DNA from: a bacterium
Lineage (GTDB): Bacteria; Patescibacteriota; Dojkabacteria; SC72
DNA length: 64,000 nt
Direction of reading: 5' to 3'
Assembly: GCA_021463465.1 (NCBI GenBank)
Contig: JAJTYH010000002.1
Location: 137,799 to 201,798, forward strand
Made by a program: the position numbers and the translations under genes
Notes under the pieces: generated by a model
Seen by the model: only the letters and a program-made list of their open reading frames with translations
Told to the model about the DNA's origin: nothing
The model's database searches: none
Shown: positions 28,828 to 39,306 of the stretch, piece after piece
How the letters are laid out: every line of letters begins with the position of its first letter
Numbering within the stretch: the first letter of the stretch is position 1

Positions 28828-29406
28828 ATGTCATACTTAATACCAACAGTCATTGAAAAAGAACGAGATGGTGAAAGAGCCTACGATATCTATTCACGGC
28901 TACTTAAGGACCGCATTATTTTTATTACCGGCCCGATAGAAGAAGGAATGGCCAACACAATCGTAGCTCAGCTACTTTTCTTAGAAAAAGAAGATCCTAA
29001 GGGCGATATTCAGATGTTTATTAATTCACCCGGTGGGCATATTGACGCTGGAATGGCAATTTTCGACACAATGAATTACATAAAGCCTGATGTTTCCACC
29101 ATTGCCGTAGGACTCGCCGCTTCAATGGGTTCATTCTTACTAGCTGGTGGAGAAAAGGGGAAAAGATTTAGTTTGCCAAATAGTAAGATTCATATCCACC
29201 AACCGTTGGGTGGCGCTAAAGGGCAGGCAAGTGATATTGCGATTGTTGCAGAAGAAATCCTTAAAACAAAAAGAAAACTATACGATATGCTTTCAAGGTT
29301 TACAGGGAAAAAAGTCACACAAATTGAAAAGGATGCAGATAGAGATAAATACTTCACCGCTGAGGAGGCTAGGCTTTACGGATTAATTGACAAGGTAATT
29401 AAATAA
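28828..29406 (+). CDS. clpP: ATP-dependent Clp protease proteolytic subunit
   Basis: Ser-His-Asp triad context: [14 protein letters not shown]..., IHQPLGG. Confidence 0.9.
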   Translation: MSYLIPTVIEKERDGERAYDIYSRLLKDRIIFITGPIEEGMANTIVAQLLFLEKEDPKGDIQMFINSPGGHIDAGMAIFDTMNYIKPDVSTIAVGLAASMGSFLLAGGEKGKRFSLPNSKIHIHQPLGGAKGQASDIAIVAEEILKTKRKLYDMLSRFTGKKVTQIEKDADRDKYFTAEEARLYGLIDKVIK

Positions 29407-29491
29407 ATAGACTCTATTGGATTATATAACTTCTCCCAGATAGCTTTTTTTGACTTTAAATAGTCACATAATATAGAATTGCATGAGGTTA

Positions 29492-29568
29492 GGGCGATTA
29501 GCTCAGCTGGTTAGAGCGTTACAATGACACTGTAAAGGCCATAGGTTCAAGTCCTATATCGCCCACCA
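29492..29568 (+). tRNA. tRNA-Val (anticodon GAC), CCA encoded
   Basis: GGGCGAT acceptor stem pairs with ATCGCCC. D-arm GCTCAGCTGGTTAGAGC. Anticodon stem TTACA/TGTAA with loop ATGACAC. T-arm ATAGG-TTCAAGT-CCTAT. Discriminator A + CCA. Confidence 0.85.
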
Positions 29569-29606
29569 TTTACCCATTTTTTGCTGAATAAAGGATTATT
29601 ACTAGA

Positions 29607-30398
29607 ATGATAAAATCACTACTCCTTCCCAGAGAAGATTACAGCAGAGAAATCCAAAAATACAAAGACGAATTCCCGGTCTTTGAGATTATTAGGCCAC
29701 AACAGGCTTTATTCTATTTTGGCGCTAATCATTCGCAAGATCCTAAGAACTCCCAATATCCTTTCCTTAAAGAATACTGGAGGACTTTTTTAGAGTGTAC
29801 AGAGGGGAAAGAAAAGATAGTTTTGATTGAAGGAGGTTTACGAAAGTTAGAAGAGGATGAAGAGTCAGCGATTATAAACAGTGGATCAGAAGGAGGGCTA
29901 ATGACGTTACTTGCGCATCAAGAGAATATTCCTGTAGCATGCCCAGATCTCAACGATATGGAATTGACTAAAGGTATGATAGAAGAGGATAGATACAAAT
30001 TTTTGTTATATAGATTTTTAAGCTGGCACGATAGTTTCCAAAGGTATAGAAATAGCCGAAAGTTTAACTTTGAAATTGAAGCTCAACAATGGTGTGAGGC
30101 TCAAAGCAGTAGAGTTGTTTGGGAAAAACTCGAGGTTTCCCTACCAAAACTAAAGGAGCTTTTTAAAAAACTTTTAGGAAAGGAATTTAATGAAAAAGAG
30201 AAATCAAATGATTATGTGAATCCAAATATAGGCGGGACTGTAATAAATAAAGTTGCTCAAACAAGTAGTGATTTAAGAGATGCATATATTGTTTCGGAGA
30301 TTAAACGCTATTGGAGTGAAGGCAAATGTATATTTGTAGTTTTTGGTAGCGGTCATCTTGTGATTCAGCGAATTGCTTTAGAAGTGGCTCTTAAATAA
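29607..30398 (+). CDS. Hypothetical protein, possibly TraB/GumN-family-like (C-terminal VVFGSGHL motif)
   Basis: Weak motif-level resemblance only. Confidence 0.3.
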   Translation: MIKSLLLPREDYSREIQKYKDEFPVFEIIRPQQALFYFGANHSQDPKNSQYPFLKEYWRTFLECTEGKEKIVLIEGGLRKLEEDEESAIINSGSEGGLMTLLAHQENIPVACPDLNDMELTKGMIEEDRYKFLLYRFLSWHDSFQRYRNSRKFNFEIEAQQWCEAQSSRVVWEKLEVSLPKLKELFKKLLGKEFNEKEKSNDYVNPNIGGTVINKVAQTSSDLRDAYIVSEIKRYWSEGKCIFVVFGSGHLVIQRIALEVALK

Positions 30399-30498
30399 GT
30401 CATTATCTATCGGTTCAAACTTTCAATTCAAATAGCTTAATTCCAAGAAGAGTGTTACAATTGACACTACCCACTTGTTTACTTTCAAATCTACATAG

Positions 30499-30921
30499 AT
30501 GTTCTCCAATCCAAATAATTTAGCCTTTGAAACTAGCTTAGGAGTTAAAAGCGCTCATCAAATAAGTGAAGCCTTTACAGAAACATTTAGTCACGAGGTT
30601 ATTGAATTAGTTAAAAAAGCTGAGGAAATACAACCTGGAAAGCTCTTGGAACCAATTTTTATACCAGCAATTGTTGCAAATGGTAATGATAGCTTTGACC
30701 CTGTAATACTCATTATTGCTAAAAGAATTGAAGTGGGGCTAGAAGTATCCTGTCAAACTACTTTGTATTTAGATGATATGATACGAAAAGATTCTCTTCC
30801 TATTGATTTATTAGAGAGATTAATTGAGGAGTGCCTGCTTCAAGAAAACTACCTATACAAAGGTCCAGATGGAGATTTATACCTATTTGGGACCGAAGTC
30901 CCATCTGTTAATACTGAGTAA
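30499..30921 (+). CDS. Hypothetical protein
   Basis: ORF only. Confidence 0.3.
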   Translation: MFSNPNNLAFETSLGVKSAHQISEAFTETFSHEVIELVKKAEEIQPGKLLEPIFIPAIVANGNDSFDPVILIIAKRIEVGLEVSCQTTLYLDDMIRKDSLPIDLLERLIEECLLQENYLYKGPDGDLYLFGTEVPSVNTE

Positions 30922-30939
30922 AATAAAAAATAAACATTT

Positions 30940-31926
30940 CTATTTACCTGTTTGAGTAAGCATACTCATGGATGCTTTTTCACTATTCCAAAGGGTCAGT
31001 GCCTCCGCAACTGAATGAGTTTCCATAAACTTAATCCTCAGTTCATTTGCACCATCAAAATTAGATATGTATATTTTGAAATACTTTTTCAGAATATCGT
31101 AATTTTTACTGCCCTTCCAAGTGTTTTCAAAAAACTCTAAGTGCTCTCTTAAAACATCAAACTTATGTATAGGCGAAATATCTTTAATCTGAACGGCTTC
31201 ATTAAATAACCAAGGATTTTTGAAAATCCCGCGCCCAATCATACAGCCGTCAACACCGTACTTTTCAATATAATCAAAACCTTGTTTTAAATTTAAAACA
31301 TCTCCATTACCTAGTATAACTGTGGATGGCGAAATTGTATTTTTAAGCTCAACGGCTTTCTTAATCTCATCCCAATCACTTGGAAGGTCTGACATCCAAC
31401 TCGCAGTTCTGCCGTGTACAGTCAAGGCGACAGGCTTAAGTTGGAGCAAAAAACTAATCCACTTTTCTGTCTCAACCTTTTCAAAGCCAATCCTAGTTTT
31501 AATACTTACAGGAAGTTTCCCTGCACCTTCAATGGTTGCTAAGTAAATTTCACGTGCGAGAGTGGGATTTTTAATGAGGGCACTACAAGCACCTTGCTTT
31601 ACTATTTTGGCTACTGGACAACCCATATTTAAATCAATACCATCAAACTCCATTGATTCAATTTCCTTAGCAGCTAGATAAAACTTTTGAGGATCAGTAC
31701 CCCAAATTTGGGCAATTAAAGGATGTTCTATTGAGCTAAACTTCAATCGCTGCTTTACCTCTTTTGCACCTGGAGACAACATTCCTTCAACACTTGTAAA
31801 TTCTGTAAAGAAGAGATCTGGTCGCCCAAGCCCGATGATAATCCTACGGAAAACGGTATCTGTAACATCCTCCATTGGGGCAAGTGCAAAAATTGGTCGC
31901 TTTAATTTGCTCCAGATATTATCCAT
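30940..31926 (-). CDS. dus: tRNA-dihydrouridine synthase (Dus family)
   Basis: FALAPMEDVTDTVFRRII N-terminal FMN-binding TIM-barrel signature. Confidence 0.85.
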   Translation of the reverse strand: MDNIWSKLKRPIFALAPMEDVTDTVFRRIIIGLGRPDLFFTEFTSVEGMLSPGAKEVKQRLKFSSIEHPLIAQIWGTDPQKFYLAAKEIESMEFDGIDLNMGCPVAKIVKQGACSALIKNPTLAREIYLATIEGAGKLPVSIKTRIGFEKVETEKWISFLLQLKPVALTVHGRTASWMSDLPSDWDEIKKAVELKNTISPSTVILGNGDVLNLKQGFDYIEKYGVDGCMIGRGIFKNPWLFNEAVQIKDISPIHKFDVLREHLEFFENTWKGSKNYDILKKYFKIYISNFDGANELRIKFMETHSVAEALTLWNSEKASMSMLTQTGK

Positions 31927-31947
31927 GTAAAGCCAAGGGATTATATA

Positions 31948-34398
31948 TTATTCCTCTACAGCTTGAATTGTAACATCAACATTCTGTTGGGTATAGCAAC
32001 TTGTTGCCGTAGGCATTTCAATCCGCAAATGAAAGTCAACGGTTTCTGAAACTGACACACTTGATTGTAATGTCTGATAGTTGGTCGTAAGCGGTGTAAA
32101 GTTCGTAGGAGGTGAAGCACAACTATTCTCAGTGCTGTTACAGAACTTATGAGCATACTGATCTGTCCCACCCGAAGTTGATAAAGTCCAAGCACAGGAT
32201 GTATTCTGGCCCTTTATATTAAAAACTTCACTCACATTTCCATCGTTTTCTGCAGTTTGTAAGTCATTTAAGTCACCACTAATCGTACTCTTATTGGCTC
32301 CAAGTACCAGGGTTCCATAATTTACAATAGCATCAGAGTTAATTGTTACAGAAACAACTGTAGTTACTGGCTCCCTCCAAGCAACATATTGATAGGAAAA
32401 AGTATTCTCATTTGAGTATGTACTTGAGCCAACGGAAAAGCCATTTGATAGTACACCCGTAATACCTCCCGTAAAGGTTCCAGTATTTAGAAAGGGGAGG
32501 GTAGAATCTCCAGATTGGGTTTGAAATCTTAGTGCACCTGCTCTAGCAGTTCCACCGCTTACCTTTTTAATCCAGATCTGATCAGGTTGAAAACCAACTG
32601 AGGTAATACTCTGACTACTACCATTTCCAGTTAAAGTACCTGTAGCAAAATTACTGGAGTGCTCAAACGCGAAAAAGTCGTATGTACTCCCAGAGGTATT
32701 CAGATAACTGCTATTTCCTTTTTCAAATCCATCGGCGTTTAATGCTTGAATTATATTAGCCGTTGAAGCCAGCGCATGGAAACCAATCGAGGAATCACCC
32801 GATTGGTTGGAAGTTCTAAATGTTCCAGCAGTTGTACCTACGCGTTTCACAACCACTAGGTCGGGAGATATTGGTAAACCTCTAACATCTTGATTGTCTG
32901 ACCCAGCTCCGACATATTGACCCACATAAAAGTCTGAAGAGCCTCCTGATTTATCTGGGCGCATAGCATTACCAAATGCACTCCAGTGATATACAACACT
33001 AGACGTATTTGTTGCGGCATTTGTACCAACTGTAAAACCATCTGAATCTATACTTGCTATACCCCCTGTAAATACTGACGCTGCATTTCCAAGATAGTTC
33101 GTTCTGTCTCCTGACATCAATGAGGTCCTAAACACACCATATTGAGTTGTATCACCTTTAATTAAAACTAAATCAGGCGAAAAACCTAATCCGCTAACTG
33201 AAAATCCTGACCCAGTACCTGTATATGTTCCACTATCCATTTCAAATGAACCTGACCCTGGTGATCTTGCCGATGCACCGCCAAAAGCAACATAGTAGTA
33301 GACTACTGTGCTTGAATTAACATTAGCGGTTGTACCTATTTGAAATCCTCCACCTGGAAGCAGTGACTGTATGTTATTTGCGGCACTTGCTGTGTCCGTT
33401 GCATATACAGAACGATCTCCGTAATTTTCCCTAAAGCTTGCTACCAAAGTCTGTGCGGTTGCGGCGCTAGAATTTTTAGTCCAGACGAAATCTGGAAGGA
33501 ATGTCAAGTTTGAATCATCGGATGAATCGATACTGCGATTATCAACACCATCACCAGTGTATGTCCCTACATCCATATAGTTAGCGACCTCTTTAAAGGC
33601 AAAGTAATAATATGTACTGGCGTTAATATTTACTGATGTGTTGTTTCCTACAGTAAATCCAGTCGCATCTAAACTTGAAATTCCCTCAGTAGCTAGTTCG
33701 TTCGCATTGTGAAAATAATTACTTGCAGTCCCGGACATAGACGAAGACTTCCAAATTCCAACTGCCGACCCTGATCTTTTTACAAATACTAAATCGGGTT
33801 GAAATCCAACACTTGTAATACCTAACGAAGTACCGTTACCAGTGTAGCTTCCAACACAGAATGTTCCAGTGGAGCTGCAGTCTGAACCAGAAAATGCGGT
33901 ATAGTAATACATTACGTTAGCAGTATTAACATCGGTATCTGTTCCAACCGTAAAACCATCAGAGTCTAAACTTTGGATATGATTAGTCGTTAGGTTTGCG
34001 TCAGTTTCGGACATTGTCAGGGTTAGTTCACTTGACATTGAGCTTGTTTTGAAAATCATACCTTCCGACCCAGCGGTTGTATTATCTTTAAGAATCACCA
34101 AATCTGGAGAAAACCCAAGACCAGAAATCTGTCTATTATCACTATTGTTTCCAACATAGTATCCAGTCTGTATTGAAAATGTTGCTGCATATACTTTAGG
34201 GGGCGTTAAAAGCTCTTTCAATCCTTTATCAATAACATTTTTATCTTTAAGCGATAAATAAAGTTTATCGACTACGTTTTTTTCAAGAAACTCATTAAGT
34301 GACAGATGAAAGGTAATAAAAAAATTCAAGAAGACTAATGTGACAAGCATTAATCTAAGGAAATTGTTCGTTCGAATCCTATTGCTATTCTGAGACAT
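31948..34398 (-). CDS. Membrane-anchored repetitive beta-rich surface protein (~7 tandem ~95-aa modules)
   Basis: N-terminal signal anchor. Recurring module G.Y.G.G....G.GF.PDLV..K...(S/T)....SLDxDGFTVG..(N)...YYY.AF. Confidence 0.5.
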   Translation of the reverse strand: MSQNSNRIRTNNFLRLMLVTLVFLNFFITFHLSLNEFLEKNVVDKLYLSLKDKNVIDKGLKELLTPPKVYAATFSIQTGYYVGNNSDNRQISGLGFSPDLVILKDNTTAGSEGMIFKTSSMSSELTLTMSETDANLTTNHIQSLDSDGFTVGTDTDVNTANVMYYYTAFSGSDCSSTGTFCVGSYTGNGTSLGITSVGFQPDLVFVKRSGSAVGIWKSSSMSGTASNYFHNANELATEGISSLDATGFTVGNNTSVNINASTYYYFAFKEVANYMDVGTYTGDGVDNRSIDSSDDSNLTFLPDFVWTKNSSAATAQTLVASFRENYGDRSVYATDTASAANNIQSLLPGGGFQIGTTANVNSSTVVYYYVAFGGASARSPGSGSFEMDSGTYTGTGSGFSVSGLGFSPDLVLIKGDTTQYGVFRTSLMSGDRTNYLGNAASVFTGGIASIDSDGFTVGTNAATNTSSVVYHWSAFGNAMRPDKSGGSSDFYVGQYVGAGSDNQDVRGLPISPDLVVVKRVGTTAGTFRTSNQSGDSSIGFHALASTANIIQALNADGFEKGNSSYLNTSGSTYDFFAFEHSSNFATGTLTGNGSSQSITSVGFQPDQIWIKKVSGGTARAGALRFQTQSGDSTLPFLNTGTFTGGITGVLSNGFSVGSSTYSNENTFSYQYVAWREPVTTVVSVTINSDAIVNYGTLVLGANKSTISGDLNDLQTAENDGNVSEVFNIKGQNTSCAWTLSTSGGTDQYAHKFCNSTENSCASPPTNFTPLTTNYQTLQSSVSVSETVDFHLRIEMPTATSCYTQQNVDVTIQAVEE

Positions 34399-35368
34399 AT
34401 TGGTATGCAGCCATTGAGATATCCTTCATTATTTTTTTTACTTCTTCTCTACCTCCGCTTTTGCTTGAGTCCACCATTACTGTCAACAAATACGGACGAT
34501 TTGGGATATAAACTATCCCAGAGTCAAGATATGTCATCTTTGGATCGTGTTCACCAATCTTATGTGAAAAGACTGTATCTAAAGGGATTCCACTAGCGAG
34601 AAAATCATTAAACTTCGTTTCCGAAAGTACTCTTAACAAGTAGCTTGAACTATCCCTGTTGAGATAACTTGAGCTGTACAAAGCTCTGAAAATTCGTGAA
34701 TATTCTTTCGCGGTAATGTCATAGTTAGCATCATAAAGTTGATCAAGTCCAAGAGCTAAAAGCATCTCTTCAAAATCAGAACCTTCAAGATTTCTAATTA
34801 GAACTCTGTGCGCAGTGTCATCGGAATTAATAATTAGCTCCTTAAGTAGATCATCAATACTAATTTTTGTCCCAGCGGCCTTTTTGTACAAATCTCCAAA
34901 CCCATCGTTTCTATCCTCATATAAAATTACTAACTCGTTTGAAAGTTTCCAATCACCCTTCTCAACTTTTTTCATCACGGCTAAAGCAGTTGGCATTTTA
35001 CTTAGCGAAGCAGGCCAAAAACGATCATCTTGATTAATTGAAATATTTGCACCTGTATTTAAAAATTCGAAGTATAAACCGATTTTATTACCTTTAGATT
35101 CATATTTATCTACAATTTCTTTCAAGTTTCTCCTTAAAGGTTCAATTGTCGATAAAAAATGTTTTTGCTCAACAACCGTTCTTGCAGGATCAATTAATGG
35201 ATACTTACTTATATCTTCTTGAAATAGCGTGTTACCAGGACTTCCTTTTGAAAGAAGTAACACAAGTAACAATATATTAAGCAATATGCTAAAGGTCAGG
35301 ATGAGTCGATAGTTTTTATTTTTAAGCAAGCTTATTAATCCTTTAATCATTGTAGGTAATTCTAACAA
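34385..35368 (-). CDS. Class A beta-lactamase-fold serine hydrolase (putative D,D-peptidase/beta-lactamase-like), N-terminal TM anchor
   Basis: SxxK (ASLSK), SDN-like (SDDTA) and KTG-like (HKIGE...DSGIVYIPNRPYLLTVMV) motifs in the canonical order. Confidence 0.6.
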   Translation of the reverse strand: MLELPTMIKGLISLLKNKNYRLILTFSILLNILLLVLLLSKGSPGNTLFQEDISKYPLIDPARTVVEQKHFLSTIEPLRRNLKEIVDKYESKGNKIGLYFEFLNTGANISINQDDRFWPASLSKMPTALAVMKKVEKGDWKLSNELVILYEDRNDGFGDLYKKAAGTKISIDDLLKELIINSDDTAHRVLIRNLEGSDFEEMLLALGLDQLYDANYDITAKEYSRIFRALYSSSYLNRDSSSYLLRVLSETKFNDFLASGIPLDTVFSHKIGEHDPKMTYLDSGIVYIPNRPYLLTVMVDSSKSGGREEVKKIMKDISMAAYQYVSE

Positions 35369-35377
35369 ACCCTTAAT

Positions 35378-35839
35378 TTATTTCACAGACATTAGACCGA
35401 GATTGTTGAGTATGCTCTTAAGTCTTTTCATTTCAACTTCAAACGTAGAGTTTCTACTTCCTGCAGCAGCAACCACGACCCCATCTTCATTGAATCCATC
35501 TTGAACTCTAACTTCAATACTATTCATATGCCCAAATGGAGGTACTCCTCCAATTGAATATCCAGTAATCGATTTAACCTCTTCTGCGGTAGCCATTCTC
35601 ACTTCGTGTGTATGATTTTGGAGCTTTACATAATCAATATCTAGCCTTTGGTCGCCTGGAACCAAATAAAGGACAAACTTTTTATCAATTTTAACTAACA
35701 ATGATTTCACAATATTGCTAACTAGCACGTTATGCATCTTAGCAGCTTGTTCTGCTGTATGAGTTTCGTCAGTAAATTCCTTGATATCGACCTGGATACC
35801 ATTTTCTTTCAAAAACTCTTTAAAACGACTAATTGACAT
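35378..35839 (-). CDS. YbaK/ProX-type aminoacyl-tRNA deacylase domain protein
   Basis: YbaK-like fold pattern (HTAEQAAKMHNV...VKSLLVK...VLYLVPGDQRLD). Confidence 0.65.
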   Translation of the reverse strand: MSISRFKEFLKENGIQVDIKEFTDETHTAEQAAKMHNVLVSNIVKSLLVKIDKKFVLYLVPGDQRLDIDYVKLQNHTHEVRMATAEEVKSITGYSIGGVPPFGHMNSIEVRVQDGFNEDGVVVAAAGSRNSTFEVEMKRLKSILNNLGLMSVK

Positions 35840-35918
35840 GGTTCAAAAGTATAACACAAAAATACTATCACATATCAATAAAGTGTTGATAGAAGGGGGA
35901 AAGTGATATAAACTGTGG

Positions 35919-36338
35919 ATGATGGCTGCCCCAACAACTATACTTACAAACAAATACTCCTCACAAATTTTTGATGAACTGGAAAGCACATCGGTTTACA
36001 AATTGATTTTCAATGAAGTCAAAGCTCTTGTGTACTGGTGGTATGTAACAATGCCTGTATGGTACGTCTTATCCCTTCGCCGCATTCTTACGATCATAGA
36101 CGATCAATACTCCATCTCTCTGTTACTGTCTCACTTTTTCACCCCTTGGCACAGAGACTTCACTTTCGTTGGGTACTTTATAGGAGTCATAATGAAGCTG
36201 TTATTTTTGCCCGTAGGCTTTTTTGTAATAGTAACAACTCTCGGACTCTACCTATTATTTTTAGTTTTCTGGTTTGCTATCCCAATCATTACCATTCTAG
36301 GAATACTGTTTACACCCTTTTTAGATTTAATACCTTGA
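35919..36338 (+). CDS. Small polytopic membrane protein; TGA stop, abuts the Clp-like ATPase gene
   Basis: 3-4 predicted TM helices; ends 1 nt before the downstream start. Confidence 0.4.
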   Translation: MMAAPTTILTNKYSSQIFDELESTSVYKLIFNEVKALVYWWYVTMPVWYVLSLRRILTIIDDQYSISLLLSHFFTPWHRDFTFVGYFIGVIMKLLFLPVGFFVIVTTLGLYLLFLVFWFAIPIITILGILFTPFLDLIP

Positions 36339-36339
36339 T

Positions 36340-39045
36340 ATGATTACTTGGAACGATTCCGCTAACCGCACAATTACTGGATATCACGACAAAGGCAAGG
36401 GTAAAACCATTGCCTTTGACGGGAAATATCCGATAGATTTGGACCGAACTTATATACCTTTCCTTCTAACAAGAGATTCGTATTTTGAGTTTAACCCCCT
36501 TAACACAAACAAGTTCTTTGAGACTAAAATCAGCGAAAAGTATCTCAAGAGTATAAAGACTAAACTAGCTAATATCCTTATCATTCCAGGGCTTCTGATT
36601 GCTTTTGCCTATCTACTTAAATATGTAGGAATATTCAGTCAGATTGTACTTCTAGAAACTTTTCTAGATTCTCCGTTAATTAATACCTTTTTCTGGATTG
36701 CTTTTTTAGGAGTAATCATTCTGTGGCATGATTACTACTCACATAAAGTAATCTTCAGCAGACTTCCTAAAACAGTACTAATACCAGAATCTGAAATTGA
36801 GGATTTAAGCCACAACGGAATTAAATTTGAAAGGTTTGCACATGTTAATCCTTTGAAATTTATTTCATCTGAATTTTTGGAAAGTATTGATTATGAGAGC
36901 AAGGAGTTTTCTACATTGGAACTTTTTAAGTCCTTGTTGCAAAACGATGATGTAGAACATCTCCTCAAGCGTGCACTTCTGGAGATTAGAGAAGATCGGC
37001 TCAAAGAGTGGGAGATAAATAAAACTGGCCTTCCTAAACTTCCCAAAGGGGCTTACAATTTGCTTCTTCTATACACCCTTGAAGAAGCCCTACTTACAAA
37101 TTCTCCCAATATTCAACCTTTACATCTTTTTCTAGCACTCATAAAAAGTCAGCCAATACTTAGTAAACTCATTATTAAACTGGGCTCAAGCCTCAATGTA
37201 CTGCGTGAAGTCACAGGATATCTGCTTTTGCAGAAAAGACTTGAAAACCCTTACGGATTTCTTAATCCAAGTGTTCCGTACTACAGAACAGGAGGGATCG
37301 CCAAAAATTGGATCTACGGTTATACATTTATTCTTAGTCAGTTTAGTAGGGATGTAAACGAAGAAGTTGCACGGGTTAGTGATACTTTTGGGATAGGGCA
37401 TCAAACCGAGATAGAGAATCTGGTATCAGTATTGGGTAGAGCCAGCAAAAAACATGTACTGTTGATTGGTGAGCCAGGAGTAGGGAAAAGTTCCCTAATA
37501 AAAGGTTTAGCTCAAAGGATTAACCGTGGAGAAGTGCCACCCATGCTATCAGGAGTACGTATAGTTCAAATGGATATTAACGGTTTAATTGCACACTCTT
37601 CAGGCAAAAAGAATATGGAATTCTATGTGCAAAAAGCTATGACCGAACTAGCTAAAGCAGGTAACGTAATTCTTTATATTGATGAATTACAGGAATTAAT
37701 CCCAGCCAAAGCACAAGAAACTGGCCACTCAATCGCTGATATTTTGTTACCTTATGTCACAGAAGGACGATTTGCTGTAGTGGGAACAGTCAATTACGCT
37801 GATTACAAGAAGTATTTTTATACCAATGAGTCGTTCCGACAAAGTTTCAGCAACATCGAAGTTGCAGAACTACCAGCTAAAGATACACTTAGAATTCTGC
37901 AAAGCAAAATTCCTGCTCTGGAAAAAACCTTTGCAATCTATATCACTTTCCCTGCATTAATTAGCGCAGTGGAGCTAGCCCAACGCTATATTCATACCAA
38001 AATGATGCCTGATTCAGCATCAACTTTGCTGGAAGATGCCTGTTCTTGGGCAAAATTGAACGGAATAAATGTCTTAACTCCGGACCATCTAGCGAAGATG
38101 ATTTCACTTCAGACCAATATGTCAGTTGGGGCAATTTCCACTGACGAAGCCGAAAAATTGATATCTCTAGAAGATAGGATAAAACAGAGGGTAATAGGGC
38201 AGGATGAAGCTGTTCATGTAGTTTCCGAAGCTCTAAGACGGGCCAGAGCTGATATTCGCGATCCTAAACGACCGATAGGTGCTTTCCTTTTCATTGGACC
38301 AACTGGTGTTGGTAAAACATACCTTGCGAAAACAATCTCTCAAGAATATTTCAACAATGAGGAAGACATTGTACGTGTGGACATGAGTGAATATATGGAC
38401 GAACAAAGTGTTTCTAAACTACTTGGATCGTACGGTCAAAAGAATGCAGATCAGACTCAGCTCACCCTTCTAGATAAAATCAAAGCTAATCCATATACAG
38501 TGGTACTCTTTGATGAGGTCGAAAAGGCCGACAGCAAAATTCTGGATTTATTCCTACAATTATTTGAAGAGGGCAGACTCACCAGTACTAATGGAGAAAC
38601 AATAGATTTCACCAATACCATCATAATCTGTACAAGTAACATTGCCGCCGATCTGATGCTTAAAAGTTTGGAGGAGGGACAGATGTGGGAAGAGACTAAA
38701 AACCTAGTTACAATGGAACTTAAGCAAGCAATTCGGCCTGAACTTTTTAACAGGTTTGATGGAATAGTAATGTTCCATCCGCAAAGTATCGAGAATCTAT
38801 CAAAAATTTCAGACATGCAACTTGATGAACTATATAAACGGCTGCATGAGAAAAATGTTGAATTGGATTGGGAAGCCACAATCCCAATGATGATTGCTAA
38901 CAAAGCTTATGAACCCGGTTTTGGTGCTAGACCAATTCGCAGGTATGTTCAAGAGAAAATTGAGGGCAAAATTGCTCAAGAGATGATTGCAGGCACAATA
39001 AAAGCAGGTGACAGCATTAAAATCAATGAAAGTTGGATAGTGTAA
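36340..39045 (+). CDS. Clp/Hsp100-family double-AAA+ ATPase (ClpA/ClpC-like) with N-terminal two-TM membrane extension preceding the Clp_N repeat domain
   Basis: AAA-1 Walker A LLIGEPGVGKSSLIKGLAQRI, Walker B ILYIDELQ. AAA-2 FLFIGPTGVGKTYLAKT, VVLFDEVEKA. Clp_N double repeat around residues 170-290. Hydrophobic helices at residues ~75-125. No internal Met before the Walker A, so the TM region is part of the protein. Confidence 0.8.
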   Translation: MITWNDSANRTITGYHDKGKGKTIAFDGKYPIDLDRTYIPFLLTRDSYFEFNPLNTNKFFETKISEKYLKSIKTKLANILIIPGLLIAFAYLLKYVGIFSQIVLLETFLDSPLINTFFWIAFLGVIILWHDYYSHKVIFSRLPKTVLIPESEIEDLSHNGIKFERFAHVNPLKFISSEFLESIDYESKEFSTLELFKSLLQNDDVEHLLKRALLEIREDRLKEWEINKTGLPKLPKGAYNLLLLYTLEEALLTNSPNIQPLHLFLALIKSQPILSKLIIKLGSSLNVLREVTGYLLLQKRLENPYGFLNPSVPYYRTGGIAKNWIYGYTFILSQFSRDVNEEVARVSDTFGIGHQTEIENLVSVLGRASKKHVLLIGEPGVGKSSLIKGLAQRINRGEVPPMLSGVRIVQMDINGLIAHSSGKKNMEFYVQKAMTELAKAGNVILYIDELQELIPAKAQETGHSIADILLPYVTEGRFAVVGTVNYADYKKYFYTNESFRQSFSNIEVAELPAKDTLRILQSKIPALEKTFAIYITFPALISAVELAQRYIHTKMMPDSASTLLEDACSWAKLNGINVLTPDHLAKMISLQTNMSVGAISTDEAEKLISLEDRIKQRVIGQDEAVHVVSEALRRARADIRDPKRPIGAFLFIGPTGVGKTYLAKTISQEYFNNEEDIVRVDMSEYMDEQSVSKLLGSYGQKNADQTQLTLLDKIKANPYTVVLFDEVEKADSKILDLFLQLFEEGRLTSTNGETIDFTNTIIICTSNIAADLMLKSLEEGQMWEETKNLVTMELKQAIRPELFNRFDGIVMFHPQSIENLSKISDMQLDELYKRLHEKNVELDWEATIPMMIANKAYEPGFGARPIRRYVQEKIEGKIAQEMIAGTIKAGDSIKINESWIV

Positions 39046-39048
39046 GTG

Positions 39049-39077
39049 TTGCACAGCGGCGGTATTTCAAATATAAT
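39049..39077 (+). promoter_or_regulatory. Near-consensus sigma70 promoter (TTGCAC-N17-TATAAT) upstream of rpmF
   Basis: -35 TTGCAC at 39049-39054, 17-nt spacer, -10 TATAAT at 39072-39077, 35 nt before the rpmF ATG. Confidence 0.45.
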
Positions 39078-39111
39078 CGCTATGCAATTGTTAATTTGAT
39101 ATCTTGAAGAT

Positions 39112-39306
39112 ATGGCAGCGCTTCCCAAAAGACGTTCCTCAAGCAGCCGAAGAGATAAGCGAAGGGCGACACATGCACTTGTAGCGCCTGCACTTTCTGT
39201 TTGCCCTAAATGCAAACGAGCCAAGAGACCGCACTTTGTTTGTGCATACTGTGGCTACTACGGCAAAGGTGATAAAGTTGAGGCAAAATCGACTCCTAAA
39301 AAGTAA
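39112..39306 (+). CDS. rpmF: 50S ribosomal protein L32
   Basis: MAALPKRRSSSSRRDKRRATHAL...CPKC...HFVCAYCGYYGK with a Zn-ribbon. Confidence 0.8.
   Translation: MAALPKRRSSSSRRDKRRATHALVAPALSVCPKCKRAKRPHFVCAYCGYYGKGDKVEAKSTPKK

Noticed and set aside
29407-30921. Genomic island or mobile element at tRNA-Val
   Set aside because: No integrase, transposase, direct repeats of the tRNA 3' end, or compositional shift. Downstream genes are ordinary hypotheticals followed by dus.
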